8,380 nt of DNA from a virus (IMGVR_UViG_2684622669_000009:1-8380); one strand, 5' to 3'; positions 1 to 6,510 are shown, counted from the stretch's first letter. Translations and numbers: made by a program. The notes: generated by a model not told the origin, from the sequence alone.

Positions 1-232
1 CCAATTTATCCCTCAGGATCCTAAAGCGGTACTTTGGCGTCCAGACTATGGGATATTTGCAACGCCAATATACATGTGATGAACTTCTGTAAAGCCCCAT
101 GTCAGTTTGTTTCCTTTTACTTGTGGTGAGTAAGCAGAGATATTCCGACATGGGCATTCTTCAGGCTATAGCCTTACAGGATCAATCACCACCTCCCCAG
201 GAGGTGGTTTAGGGATAACAACAAAAAAACCC

Positions 233-256
233 GCAGTTACGCGGGCTTAGAGGTAC
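233..256 (-). terminator. Intrinsic (rho-independent) terminator downstream of the lysis cassette
   Basis: Stem cccgc (240-244) / gcggg (251-255) with a 6-nt loop; on the minus strand it is followed by a run of 7 T (plus-strand A-run 233-239). Lies about 165 nt downstream of the Rz stop. Confidence 0.6.
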
Positions 257-420
257 TTTACTGCTTTTACGTACAGGCTGTTGCCAGACGCGAAATCATT
301 CCCACTCAATTATTTACGACAACCATAACCAATTGAGTGATAACATTTTTCCAAAACCTCATTTTTCCCATACCGTTTTATATACCGTCACCGGAAATCA
401 GTACCATGAAAAATGCCATG

Positions 421-903
421 CTATCTGGTCAGGGTGTCGTACTGTTTTTCACAGACTCTTCCGGCTTCGGCTGCCCGGTCAGCATACTCTGCCAGTTGTC
501 TGTTTCTCTCGAGAGATTTGCTGAGCAAGTCGGCAAGCAAAACTCCGGTGTCTGCGGCTGACGCCCCAGCGCCGACAATGGCGTTATACTGCCTGAGCTG
601 CTCACGGATGGCAACGAGCTGTTGCTGCAACCGGCCAGCGCGAGCGGCAGCATCAAGAGCATCATTGCGCGCCTGGTCGATCCTTTGCTGAGCTTCACGT
701 TCATTGGTAGCTTTCTCCTGTTCGTAGTGCTGACGAACTATCTCATCTTCGGCTTTGCGATCTTCCTTCGCCTGCGCATACCCGGCTTCGTACTGACGAC
801 TGCCGTATGCATTCCAGGCTACAACTCCTGATATGACCAGAACAGCAAGCATCGCCATGATAACCAACTGTTTACTGTATGCTTTTGCGAATGCCCAGAT
901 CAT
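421..903 (-). CDS. Rz: Rz-like i-spanin (inner-membrane spanin subunit)
   Basis: 160 aa; N-terminal transmembrane segment (LVIMAMLAVLVISGVVAW) followed by a long charged, Q/A/E/R-rich predicted coiled coil. Its ATG overlaps the endolysin stop as ATGA (900-903), indicating translational coupling; it contains the embedded Rz1 frame. Confidence 0.85.
   Translation of the reverse strand: MIWAFAKAYSKQLVIMAMLAVLVISGVVAWNAYGSRQYEAGYAQAKEDRKAEDEIVRQHYEQEKATNEREAQQRIDQARNDALDAAARAGRLQQQLVAIREQLRQYNAIVGAGASAADTGVLLADLLSKSLERNRQLAEYADRAAEAGRVCEKQYDTLTR
429..704 (-). CDS. Rz1: Rz1-like o-spanin (outer-membrane lipoprotein), embedded out of frame inside Rz
   Basis: 91-aa ORF lying wholly inside the Rz ORF in another frame. 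N-terminus MNVKLSKGSTRR + hydrophobic AMMLLMLPLA + lipobox LAG|C is a typical lipoprotein signal peptide; the mature part is short and proline-rich as in lambda Rz1. AGGAGA Shine-Dalgarno about 9 nt upstream of the ATG at 704. Start could instead be the internal Met at 665 or 662. Confidence 0.75.
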   Translation of the reverse strand: MNVKLSKGSTRRAMMLLMLPLALAGCSNSSLPSVSSSGSITPLSALGRQPQTPEFCLPTCSANLSRETDNWQSMLTGQPKPEESVKNSTTP

Positions 904-1529
904 ACCGCCAGCACCTTACTGGCAGTGATGTACCGCGCGCGTCTGTCGTCGATTCCGTTCCTGCCACCATTGATAATCAGAGTTACACGTACAATATCTC
1001 CGGTATACTTCATGCAGCCTTTACTGGAGAAGAACCACGCCGCGCTACGAGCCGCGTATTCGTCCTGCGCCAGCAGTTCAGGACTCTCCAGCAGGTCAAC
1101 TTTCAGGCCGTTTCCGCAGTCACGATAGTTATTCAAACCGGTAATCTGGATAAGTCCGCGTCCTCGGTAATTCCAGCCATCACCAGGGGCATTGTTCCCC
1201 ATGCGTTTGCTGTACACCAGATTTGCAATCGCGCGCTGGCGCTCTAGTGGCAATGGTGGTTCACCAGCACGGCGACCCAGTGCATTAGCCTGTCCTTGGG
1301 TGAGACGCCCAGCCCGAACGAAGTTAGCCAGTCCGGTGACGCTGTAGTTGAAATTCTCCTGCAACCGGGTGAGGCCACCAGACTCATGCCCGACCTGAGC
1401 AATAAACATTGCTTGATCTTCGGCTTTGCTGATACCAAACTCTTTCATCGCAGAAGTTATATGCGAGAACCAGCGTGCAGCAAGCACCTCGCTAATACCA
1501 GCAGCTAGCTGGAATTGTTTAATCTCCAT
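900..1529 (-). CDS. Phage endolysin, glycoside hydrolase family 19 (chitinase-like lysozyme)
   Basis: 209 aa carrying the motifs I associate with GH19 phage endolysins: AQVGHESGG, PGDGWNYRGRGLIQITGLNNY, SPELLAQ, SAAWFF, INGGRNGIDDRR. Sits between holin-like genes and Rz/Rz1. Confidence 0.88.
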   Translation of the reverse strand: MEIKQFQLAAGISEVLAARWFSHITSAMKEFGISKAEDQAMFIAQVGHESGGLTRLQENFNYSVTGLANFVRAGRLTQGQANALGRRAGEPPLPLERQRAIANLVYSKRMGNNAPGDGWNYRGRGLIQITGLNNYRDCGNGLKVDLLESPELLAQDEYAARSAAWFFSSKGCMKYTGDIVRVTLIINGGRNGIDDRRARYITASKVLAV

Positions 1530-1830
1530 GTTTAAATCTCGTTATTTTGAAAATCTGAACGACGTTACCGCGCGTTTTAATAACCGCAGCAAGCATGACA
1601 GCGTTGATAATGACCTCAGATAAATCCACAGCCATTGGCGTGCGTAACCAGATTGCATAAACAACACGAACTGGAATACTGGCCGCAGCAACAATCAGGA
1701 AATAAGCAATCCACCCACCCCATCTTCGGTGTTGGGATCCGTTACGCTGGAAAGTGACAACGCGAATTGCTATGCCAGTACAAATAACCGCATTGGTGAT
1801 CAGCAAAAAAAGCTCATGAGTTACCATCAT
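1519..1830 (-). CDS. Holin-like small membrane protein (holin or antiholin) of the lysis cassette
   Basis: 103 aa with 2-3 predicted TM helices and a charged C-terminal tail (KTRGNVVQIFKITRFKHGD). GGAG-type Shine-Dalgarno upstream of the ATG at 1830. Overlaps the endolysin start by 11 nt and the upstream membrane-protein gene by 17 nt. Function is from position and topology, not recognised homology. Confidence 0.6.
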   Translation of the reverse strand: MMVTHELFLLITNAVICTGIAIRVVTFQRNGSQHRRWGGWIAYFLIVAAASIPVRVVYAIWLRTPMAVDLSEVIINAVMLAAVIKTRGNVVQIFKITRFKHGD

Positions 1831-2218
1831 CTTTTCTCCCCGGAATTAACTCGCGTGGATTATCTGAACGGTGATAGAGCCATATACCAATACGCACAGC
1901 GACAATTGCTGATACAAATGCACCGGCAGAAAAGACGACTCCTTTTTCGAATGATTCCTGCGTGATTGTTGGAATCAGGCTGGCTATGCCGATAAGAATT
2001 AATGCTGCTGGCTTGTAGAAAAGAAGACCACATAGAAAACTTAGTATCGATAAAAGAACACGACGACGAACAGGATACTCTACCGCTGAGGTAACAAAAA
2101 TTACCGCGCCCGCTAGTGCACCTAAAGCAACTTCTGGCGGCACACCAGCGACCACAGACATTAGCGCGCTCATGCTAAGCCCCTGATTCAGCGACCCTGT
2201 AGTTAATGTGTGCGACAT
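1814..2218 (-). CDS. Holin-like membrane protein (3 predicted TM helices), first gene of the lysis cassette
   Basis: About 134 aa from the ATG at 2216-2218 (GGTGG Shine-Dalgarno 5 nt upstream); the ORF track's start at 2227 is a GTG with no Shine-Dalgarno. Three hydrophobic segments and a charged C-terminus (YHRSDNPRELIPGRKDDGNS). Assigned by position and topology only. Confidence 0.6.
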   Translation of the reverse strand: MSHTLTTGSLNQGLSMSALMSVVAGVPPEVALGALAGAVIFVTSAVEYPVRRRVLLSILSFLCGLLFYKPAALILIGIASLIPTITQESFEKGVVFSAGAFVSAIVAVRIGIWLYHRSDNPRELIPGRKDDGNS

Positions 2219-2317
2219 AGAGACCACCGTTTAATGTGCATAAAGTCACCCCCCTTAGATGATGAGTCCATCATACACAATAAACCATATTGGGTTCAAA
2301 GAATCATAAAAATGCTC

Positions 2318-2347
2318 TTAACGAAATTACCTTAAAGGTGATATGAT
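2318..2347 (+). promoter_or_regulatory. Candidate sigma70 promoter for the acyltransferase gene
   Basis: TTAACG (2318-2323), 18-nt spacer, TATGAT (2342-2347), about 30 nt upstream of the ATG at 2378, in the AT-rich divergent intergenic region. Motif-level guess only. Confidence 0.3.
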
Positions 2348-2377
2348 AAATAAAATGATTCATGGTAGATATATAAA

Positions 2378-3472
2378 ATGTTCATTACTAACACTGATGT
2401 TTTTACCTTTCTTTTCTTAGCTATATCATTAATAGCGGCTATTTTTGTCAAAAAAATAATCCCATCAACCGTAATAAATGTACATAATGACACAACCTTA
2501 GAAGGTTTAAGAGGCATTGCATGCTTATTTGTATTTATAAATCATGCTTCATATAGCATTCATCACATCGGAATACAAAATTGGCAAATGATGGGTGATT
2601 CACCATATACCGGGAGAATGGGAGCTTTCGGAGTGGAGATATTTTTCTGTTTGACAGGGTACTTGTTTGCAAAAAAGATTCGCAAAGGAGATATAGACTT
2701 GTCATTTTTTGAAAAAAGAATCAGGAGGCTTGCTCCTGCATATATATTTGTATCATTTGTAGTTTTTATATATTTCGTATTTATGAACTATAATGTTATT
2801 CGTGGTTACTACGATATATCGGCTTTGATCCAACAAATTTTCGGATTCGGTTTCTTTGGGAATAGAATATCTGTAAACGGTATGGTGGATACATCATTGA
2901 ATGCTGTTGTGTGGACGCTTCCTTATGAATGGAAGTTTTATGCAATAGTCCCCTTCGTAGCGGCTATTTATAAGCTAAGAAGGCCTATCCCTCTACTTAT
3001 CGCATTTGGAGTAGCGACTGTTTGCATTGACTATTGGTCGAAAATGTTCTTGTGGGGGTTTTTCGTAACCGGATTCATTGCTTCATTCGTTGGTATTTTA
3101 GAAAATAGATATCTTAAGTATATCTCATATTACATAATGCTATTCCTATTTGCATATGCATTTAAGGGATCATTTGATATTCATGGTTTCCAAATGTTTG
3201 TCGTAGTATCTTTATTTTTCATAACATTTATTGCGGCAAGACCTAAGATATTCTCCATAGGAGTATTTGTTTACCTTGGAACTATAAGCTATAGCATTTA
3301 TCTACTACATCAGGTAGTTACAACGGTTTTCATGAAATTAATCTCTGGGGTAATCGATCTACTTACCATAAATATGTATGAATACTTAATGGTCTGCATC
3401 ATACCAATATCACTTACAATTTACTTATCATCTATTAGTTACAATAAAATAGAGAAAAAATTCATCAGATAA
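2378..3472 (+). CDS. Acyltransferase family 3 integral membrane protein; probable O-antigen / surface-polysaccharide O-acetyltransferase (lysogenic conversion gene)
   Basis: 364 aa, hydrophobic throughout (about 10 TM helices), with AT3-type motifs LEGLRGIACLFVFINH, FGVEIFFCLTGYL and SYSIYLLHQ. Markedly AT-rich compared with its neighbours (estimated by eye at roughly 30% GC). Opposite strand to the flanking phage genes. Confidence 0.85.
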   Translation: MFITNTDVFTFLFLAISLIAAIFVKKIIPSTVINVHNDTTLEGLRGIACLFVFINHASYSIHHIGIQNWQMMGDSPYTGRMGAFGVEIFFCLTGYLFAKKIRKGDIDLSFFEKRIRRLAPAYIFVSFVVFIYFVFMNYNVIRGYYDISALIQQIFGFGFFGNRISVNGMVDTSLNAVVWTLPYEWKFYAIVPFVAAIYKLRRPIPLLIAFGVATVCIDYWSKMFLWGFFVTGFIASFVGILENRYLKYISYYIMLFLFAYAFKGSFDIHGFQMFVVVSLFFITFIAARPKIFSIGVFVYLGTISYSIYLLHQVVTTVFMKLISGVIDLLTINMYEYLMVCIIPISLTIYLSSISYNKIEKKFIR

Positions 3473-3475
3473 ATA

Positions 3476-3507
3476 ATATTGGAGGGTTACTACCTCCAAT
3501 ATGTTTT
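3476..3507. terminator. Bidirectional terminator hairpin between the convergent acyltransferase and tailspike genes
   Basis: Perfect 10-bp stem atattggagg (3476-3485) / cctccaatat (3493-3502) with a 7-nt loop, followed by GTTTT on the plus strand and an A/T-rich stretch on the minus strand. Sits 4 nt after the acyltransferase stop and 13 nt after the tailspike stop. Confidence 0.7.
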
Positions 3508-3519
3508 GACTGCACTGTT

Positions 3520-5742
3520 TCAGCCGTTCGAGATTTTACCAGATATCCTAAATCTTAGCGCTCCAGATTTGATGTAATTGTATGTGAGGAAAGTTCTTGT
3601 GCCATCAGATGCCACGGCATAGAACTGAATCTTTGTGAAGTCTGTAGCTCCTGTAGGAATAAATCCAATAACATCGACAGTTCCTGCTGGTAATGCATTC
3701 CCAAGCGCTGTCCTGACCTCTATCTCGCATCCTGCCCCTGGATAAAAACCAAGCCCTCTGGGAAGGGTGATTGTGATATTTCCTGTACCGCCTGTTGTTC
3801 CTGTAACATTTATACTTACATGCAAATCAACATGCTCACCATCCCTCCTTGCAGTATATGTGCCAGTTTGTGTTACAGCTGTAGTATCATCGAAACCGAT
3901 ACTTCCAGTTAAGGCCGCATTAACCTGTAGTTCAGATTTAAATCCGCATATATTATTTCTCCACGGAATCGTTGGTTTATCACCATCCCATGTGATGGGT
4001 TGCGATGAAAAATGAGTTGTTTTATTACCAAGAAATTTTAAATTAAACAAGTTGTTATTTATATCGCCAACAAGATAAGCAGCATAAAAAGGTAGCCCTC
4101 CAGTAACAACCTGTTCATTGTGAGAAGTTACAACAGCATCGTGTATAGTATTGCTGGTTGAGCGAATCACAAACCCATAACCACCATTATCCATCGTTGC
4201 GCCAGAATCTGGATCTAATTTTGCAACGCTATCAGCATATGGTCTATAAAGTGTATGCCCACCAGATATCAATTCAAAACCGATTAACATTTGCCTGTTA
4301 GGATATAAATCATCTGATGTTTTAGGATGTCCCCATGGATGAGGATCTACAAGAGTATTCGATCCGGTACCAGAAATGCGAATGCCTATTGGATAATCTA
4401 TCGTTATAGGGTTTACAAAATGGCTATCACCAGTGCGAATCCACAATCCAACTACCGACTTGCTTTCCCATTTCATAATTCCAAAGCAACTATGCATAAT
4501 TGCGATTTCATAACCTATTGAAGGAATACCACCAATATCTGCCCCGCCTCTTAGCATCCCCCACGTTTCCATCTGACCTACCGTAACACCAGCTATATGC
4601 GTCATCAGAACACCAATTGCATCAACATGTTGGTAATATACGGTTCCCCAGTCAGTATTCTGCGTATGTCGTATGTGAATTCGTGGAATATAGGTACGCT
4701 TATCGCTATATGTGGTCGTTGGTGACATAATGTGATAGACAGCCTTATAGCTATTTCCTGCGGCATCTACTGTTTGGAAATCACCAGTTGGATCTGCCCA
4801 TATAACACCAGTCTGCAATACGCTAAGCCCTGCCAGATGCTTAATTGATGATTTAACCCGATAGACATTTGGCAGCCAAACTGTTTTGTTATTCTCATAA
4901 GCATAGTCATACGCATCCTGAATCATCACAGCCCAGTCAGTTTCTCCTGGATGATTTGCATAGAACTGCTCAGGTGTAACAAACTGCGAACGCGCAAATA
5001 GATCGTTTAAATCTGTTTGCACTGTACCGCTGGACATCGTGCCTATCAAACAACTTCCTGTTGGCTTCGCTAGTTCTATGAGAACATCAGCAGCAGAACC
5101 AGATTCTGGTAGTAGCATGATTGGGTTACCATTATCATCCATGCCTACAATTTTGTTTTTTCTCAACTCAACTGGTGGTAACTGCGGGATCATTTCTGCC
5201 GTGCGTAACGTTCTGCTAAAGAGAAGATCCGTATGCGAAGTGTTTCCAGCGCTAAGTGAGTCAGCATAATTCTTTGTCGCTGCATCCTGAGGGCGAATAG
5301 GGTCTCTTAAGTTTCTAATGTAGTTGTTTAGTGCGTCGTAATAATTAGCCACGAACGACGGCTTTCGCAGAACAAGGCTAAACCAACTACGCACTTGCTG
5401 GATCAGCATCGTCAGCTTATCGAACGCGTCTTCATGCACCTCAGCGAAAAACTTTCCCTGATTGCGCAGATCAGTTTCCTGCGTAACCGGTAGCTCTCGT
5501 GATATAGAAATCTGATAACCGTTAGCCAACGCCTTCGACAGAATTACATTACCGCCGTTATATCCTCCAGCTCCGGTAACTGTATAATCAGTATCAAGAG
5601 TCAGCACAGCAATATTTTCGTTAAGGTCAGAGACCTGAACAACCAAGTCGGATTTTTTGAAAATACGGAAGGTATACGGAAATGATGTCGTAACACCGTT
5701 ACCGGTGTATTCGTTGTGGTCAACTTCGGTTGAGACCGTCAT
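3520..5742 (-). CDS. Tailspike / tail fiber protein with putative polysaccharide depolymerase (beta-helix) receptor-binding domain
   Basis: 740 aa. The N-terminal ~150 aa (YTGNGVTTSFPYTFRIFKKSDLVV...LTLDTDYTV) follow the pattern of the T7 gp17 N-terminal particle-attachment domain. A downstream segment TPEQFYANHPGETDWAVMIQDAYDYAYENNKTVWLPNVYRV matches the signature at the start of pectate-lyase-type beta-helix tailspikes. Gly/Thr/Ser-rich C-terminus. GGAGA Shine-Dalgarno 6 nt before the ATG at 5742. Confidence 0.88.
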   Translation of the reverse strand: MTVSTEVDHNEYTGNGVTTSFPYTFRIFKKSDLVVQVSDLNENIAVLTLDTDYTVTGAGGYNGGNVILSKALANGYQISISRELPVTQETDLRNQGKFFAEVHEDAFDKLTMLIQQVRSWFSLVLRKPSFVANYYDALNNYIRNLRDPIRPQDAATKNYADSLSAGNTSHTDLLFSRTLRTAEMIPQLPPVELRKNKIVGMDDNGNPIMLLPESGSAADVLIELAKPTGSCLIGTMSSGTVQTDLNDLFARSQFVTPEQFYANHPGETDWAVMIQDAYDYAYENNKTVWLPNVYRVKSSIKHLAGLSVLQTGVIWADPTGDFQTVDAAGNSYKAVYHIMSPTTTYSDKRTYIPRIHIRHTQNTDWGTVYYQHVDAIGVLMTHIAGVTVGQMETWGMLRGGADIGGIPSIGYEIAIMHSCFGIMKWESKSVVGLWIRTGDSHFVNPITIDYPIGIRISGTGSNTLVDPHPWGHPKTSDDLYPNRQMLIGFELISGGHTLYRPYADSVAKLDPDSGATMDNGGYGFVIRSTSNTIHDAVVTSHNEQVVTGGLPFYAAYLVGDINNNLFNLKFLGNKTTHFSSQPITWDGDKPTIPWRNNICGFKSELQVNAALTGSIGFDDTTAVTQTGTYTARRDGEHVDLHVSINVTGTTGGTGNITITLPRGLGFYPGAGCEIEVRTALGNALPAGTVDVIGFIPTGATDFTKIQFYAVASDGTRTFLTYNYIKSGALRFRISGKISNG

Positions 5743-5898
5743 GTTAAATCTCCAGATAGTCGCAGCACCCGTTGCGCCGCATATCCGGTTATTCTATTAC
5801 CTGAAAAACCATATATGGATAGGTAACCCATAAATACGAACAGATATTACCTTTCAGGTAATTTGCAAAACGTGCTGGATAGCAAACAAATTATTTGA

Positions 5899-5918
5899 TA
5901 CTGTATATTCATACAGTT
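5899..5918 (+). promoter_or_regulatory. LexA (SOS) box overlapping the putative promoter of the 85-aa gene / Bro-N operon
   Basis: TACTGTATATTCATACAGTT matches the E. coli LexA consensus TACTGTATATATATACAGTA at 17 of 20 positions, with the CTGT-N8-ACAG core intact. It lies 20 nt upstream of the ATG at 5938, with a possible -10 TATATT (5904-5909) inside the box. Confidence 0.6.
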
Positions 5919-5937
5919 ATTGCATGGAGAAGATAAG

Positions 5938-6195
5938 ATGCAGCAGTATCACTATCCACTGGAAGACGGATTTACCGAAAGGATTCACACGCCGGGAGGC
6001 GTCAGGTCACTGGTGGAGGGATCGCACTTGATGAAATTACTCCGGGATCTCGATAAGGATGGATTTAATGTCGATGGCCCACTTACCGAACTGACTGCAC
6101 TGATTAACTACGTCACCAGCTCACAGATGTCTATGCAGGAGCTGCAAACACATCTCGACTATTGTGCCGAACAATTACGAAAGCAAACCAGATAA
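5938..6195 (+). CDS. Small protein (85 aa) paralogous to the C-terminal domain of the downstream Bro-N antirepressor; candidate SOS-induced antirepressor or modulator
   Basis: ATG at 5938 preceded by GGAGAAG. Aligns over its whole length with the last ~78 residues of the Bro-N protein (shared YxxPLxxG[FY]xxxIH[ST]PxGV...SxLMxLL...DGxxVxG...ELT...QTHxxY). The ORF-track start at 5920 is a TTG; the ATG with a Shine-Dalgarno is preferred. Confidence 0.7.
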   Translation: MQQYHYPLEDGFTERIHTPGGVRSLVEGSHLMKLLRDLDKDGFNVDGPLTELTALINYVTSSQMSMQELQTHLDYCAEQLRKQTR

Positions 6196-6333
6196 GGTTT
6201 GCAATTACCAAGCGGAGTGCTTATATTTACCTTTGCGGTAAATTTACATCGCACTCCTCTTGTGCCATAGTGATCAGGCACTGGCAAAATCCAGTGCCGG
6301 GATTGGCGTCCCGGATTACTAAAAGGCGCATTC

Positions 6334-6353
6334 ACCGCGCAAGCGGTTTTTTT
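6334..6353 (+). terminator. Candidate intrinsic terminator / attenuator between the 85-aa gene and the Bro-N gene
   Basis: 5-bp stem accgc / gcggt with a GCAA tetraloop, followed by a run of 7 T (6347-6353). The short stem suggests partial termination. Confidence 0.45.
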
Positions 6354-6510
6354 ATGCGTATAGCACGGTCACATTCGTATTATGGTGGGCTGTGTGGGGG
6401 CACCGAAAGGTGCGCCGGGTCCTTTTAGCCGGTTACGCCAACCCTGCACAGTTCACCACCAACCGATTGGCGTCGGTAGTGGTGATTAACCAGACTAAAA
6501 GGTAACCACT

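Noticed and set aside
98-211. 37-codon plus-strand ORF (MSVCFLLLVVSKQRYSDMGILQAIALQDQSPPPQEVV) considered as a Hok-like toxin
   Set aside because: No Shine-Dalgarno, no resemblance to Hok/Gef sequences I recall beyond a short hydrophobic stretch, and it runs into the 189-207 hairpin; too weak to call.
333-1623. Plus-strand ORFs antisense to the lysis cassette (333..524, 337..561, 413..691, 622..831, 879..1247, 925..1128, 1296..1508, 1426..1623) and the minus-strand ORF 1244..1438 inside the endolysin
   Set aside because: All lie inside or opposite the well-supported Rz / Rz1 / endolysin genes, have no convincing Shine-Dalgarno, and their translations are low-complexity or Ser/Arg-rich as expected from antisense reading. 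Only the embedded Rz1 frame has lipoprotein signal features and was kept.
1729-1965. Plus-strand ORF antisense to the junction of the two holin-like genes
   Set aside because: Overlaps two tightly coupled membrane-protein genes on the other strand; no ribosome-binding site and no recognisable features.
1814-2218. Possibility that the 134-aa membrane protein is a GtrA-like flippase partnering the acyltransferase
   Set aside because: It is on the opposite strand to the acyltransferase and overlaps the next holin-like gene and the endolysin in an operon arrangement. There is no GtrB-like glycosyltransferase nearby and I see no resemblance to GtrA sequences I recall, so a lysis role fits better.
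2332-2517. 61-aa minus-strand ORF overlapping the acyltransferase start
   Set aside because: Antisense to the acyltransferase N-terminus in an extremely AT-rich region, where stop-free stretches arise easily; no supporting features.
3767-5269. Plus-strand ORFs 3767..4015, 4327..4521 and 5039..5269 inside the tailspike gene
   Set aside because: Antisense to a long, well-supported coding region; no start-site support; translations look like antisense artefacts.
6162-6428. 88-aa plus-strand ORF spanning the structured intergenic spacer
   Set aside because: Starts inside the 3' end of the 85-aa gene in another frame and runs through several hairpins and the T7-run terminator; the translation is basic and low-complexity. 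The region is better explained as structured non-coding sequence.
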